Source of the DNA: a candidate division FCPU426 bacterium
GTDB taxonomy: Bacteria; Oederibacteriota; Muellerivitia; Muellerivitales; Muellerivitaceae
DNA: 64,000 nucleotides
NCBI GenBank assembly: GCA_963847625.1
Contig: CAWKAR010000049.1
Coordinates: forward strand, 44,061 to 108,060
Direction of reading: 5' to 3'
Shown piece by piece: positions 62,971 to 64,000 of the stretch. The notes under the pieces are model-generated. The model saw only the letters and a list, made by a program, of their open reading frames with translations. It was not told the origin of the DNA and ran no database searches. Position numbers and translations under genes: made by a program. Numbering within the stretch: the stretch's first letter is position 1; each line of letters begins with the position of its first letter.

Positions 62971-64000
62971 TCACTGCTCCACTAGGATCTTGAGGGTCTG
63001 CCTGGCGACCAGGTACCCGTTGGCGTCCCTCTGCTCGGTCTTGGCGATGTATAAGCCGCTGGCGATCCCCGCCGCGTTCCATGTCACCTGGCTCGCCCCG
63101 CCCGCCCCTTGCAGTTCCGTCACCAGCTCGCCCGCCACGTCGTAGATCTTTACCGTCAGCTTCACCCCTGCCGCCGATCCCTTGAATGTCACCAGCCTCG
63201 TTCCGCCCATCACCGGGTTCGGGTACGCCCACACCCTCGGCGCCGCCTGTTTCACCCCGTTCACCACCACCACCGACGTAATGATCACCGTCTCCCCGCC
63301 CTTCCCGTCCGTCGAGTGCACCTCGATGAAGTATTTACCGTTGGGCACCACCGTCCCCCCCGACCCGTGCCCGTCCCACACCGTCGTCACCCCGTTGTTC
63401 GTCGCGATCACCAGCGTCCCGTCCGTCGGCGACCCGGGCTCCAATACCGTACTTGACAGCTTCACCCCCGTGATCACCGTCCCCTGCGGGTCCTCCACCA
63501 CGCTGTACAGCGTCTGCACGATCTCCCCAGCCTCGTTGTAGATGTCGATTGTCACTTTCTCCAGCGAACGGCTCACCACCACGTTCAATACCACGCTCTT
63601 GTCCACCCCGAACGAGTCGATATTGTCCACTTTCACGTAGTAATCCCCGTTGGGCACCGGGTTCCCGTTCTGGTCCGTCCCGTTCCACACCGTGATTTGC
63701 GTGTTCAGGTCGTAGATCGCCACCGGCGTGTTCAACCCGCTGATCAGGTTCCCGTTCGTCAATTGCAGGTCCACCAAAGGCTGGGAATACTGCGTCACCA
63801 GCAGTTCCTTCACCAGTTCCCCCGCCTCGTTGTACACCCCCACCTTCACCGTGTAGTTCCCCGTCACCTGCAGTATCGCACAGGCTGTCTGGGGAAGCGC
63901 CCCAGGAACGCTCATCACCGCGCAGTTCGTGATCGGCCCCGCCTGCGTGAAGTTGTTGATCGAAACTATGTAGGTCAGAAGGTAGTTCCCCGGTGCCAGG
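62971..64000 (-). CDS. 3' end of a third gene carrying the shared DUF11/FlgD-Ig/CTD tail; truncated by window edge
   Basis: Near-identical to the tails of the two expansin genes. The frame is open to the window end. Confidence 0.9.
   Translation of the reverse strand, partial: LAPGNYLLTYIVSINNFTQAGPITNCAVMSVPGALPQTACAILQVTGNYTVKVGVYNEAGELVKELLVTQYSQPLVDLQLTNGNLISGLNTPVAIYDLNTQITVWNGTDQNGNPVPNGDYYVKVDNIDSFGVDKSVVLNVVVSRSLEKVTIDIYNEAGEIVQTLYSVVEDPQGTVITGVKLSSTVLEPGSPTDGTLVIATNNGVTTVWDGHGSGGTVVPNGKYFIEVHSTDGKGGETVIITSVVVVNGVKQAAPRVWAYPNPVMGGTRLVTFKGSAAGVKLTVKIYDVAGELVTELQGAGGASQVTWNAAGIASGLYIAKTEQRDANGYLVARQTLKILVEQ

Noticed and set aside
43308..64000. Diversity-generating retroelement TR/VR pair
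   Set aside because: No reverse transcriptase is in the window, differences are not adenine-specific, and all copies are coding.

Overview
Bacterial chromosomal window with no rRNA, tRNA or CRISPR array seen. Its secreted proteins carry very long Thr/Pro-Thr stalks and YPNP-type C-terminal domains; this suggests a diderm candidate-phylum organism such as FCPU426 or a relative (inference only). From left to right it contains: a partial GT-C glycosyltransferase; an acyltransferase-3; a minus-strand surface cluster (split PilX-like gene, giant 1208-aa pilin-like protein, PilW-like pilin, 2405-aa Fn3 protein with a T9SS-type CTD, and a PorV-like/Fn3 gene frameshifted at a G7 run); xth; a GxxExxY nuclease gene set among nine ~27-bp REP-like repeats, along with Dabb and fabI; divergent radC/lexA with two ATAC-N4-GTAT boxes; and an apparently inactive Y1/RAYT-fold protein. 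The glycine-cleavage/lipoate genes (lipM-lpdA-gcvT...gcvH-gcvP, with a fused P protein) are interrupted twice: by a ~22-kb block (AraC, GH74, two stalked expansins) and by an AT-rich IS30 islet. The window ends with nadE, queD, an SRAP lacking Cys2, and a third, inverted copy of the expansin C-terminal module. The best candidates for undescribed biology are the GxxExxY-associated repeat system, the structured leader of the Fn3 gene, the candidate LexA box, and the homogenised secretion-tail module.
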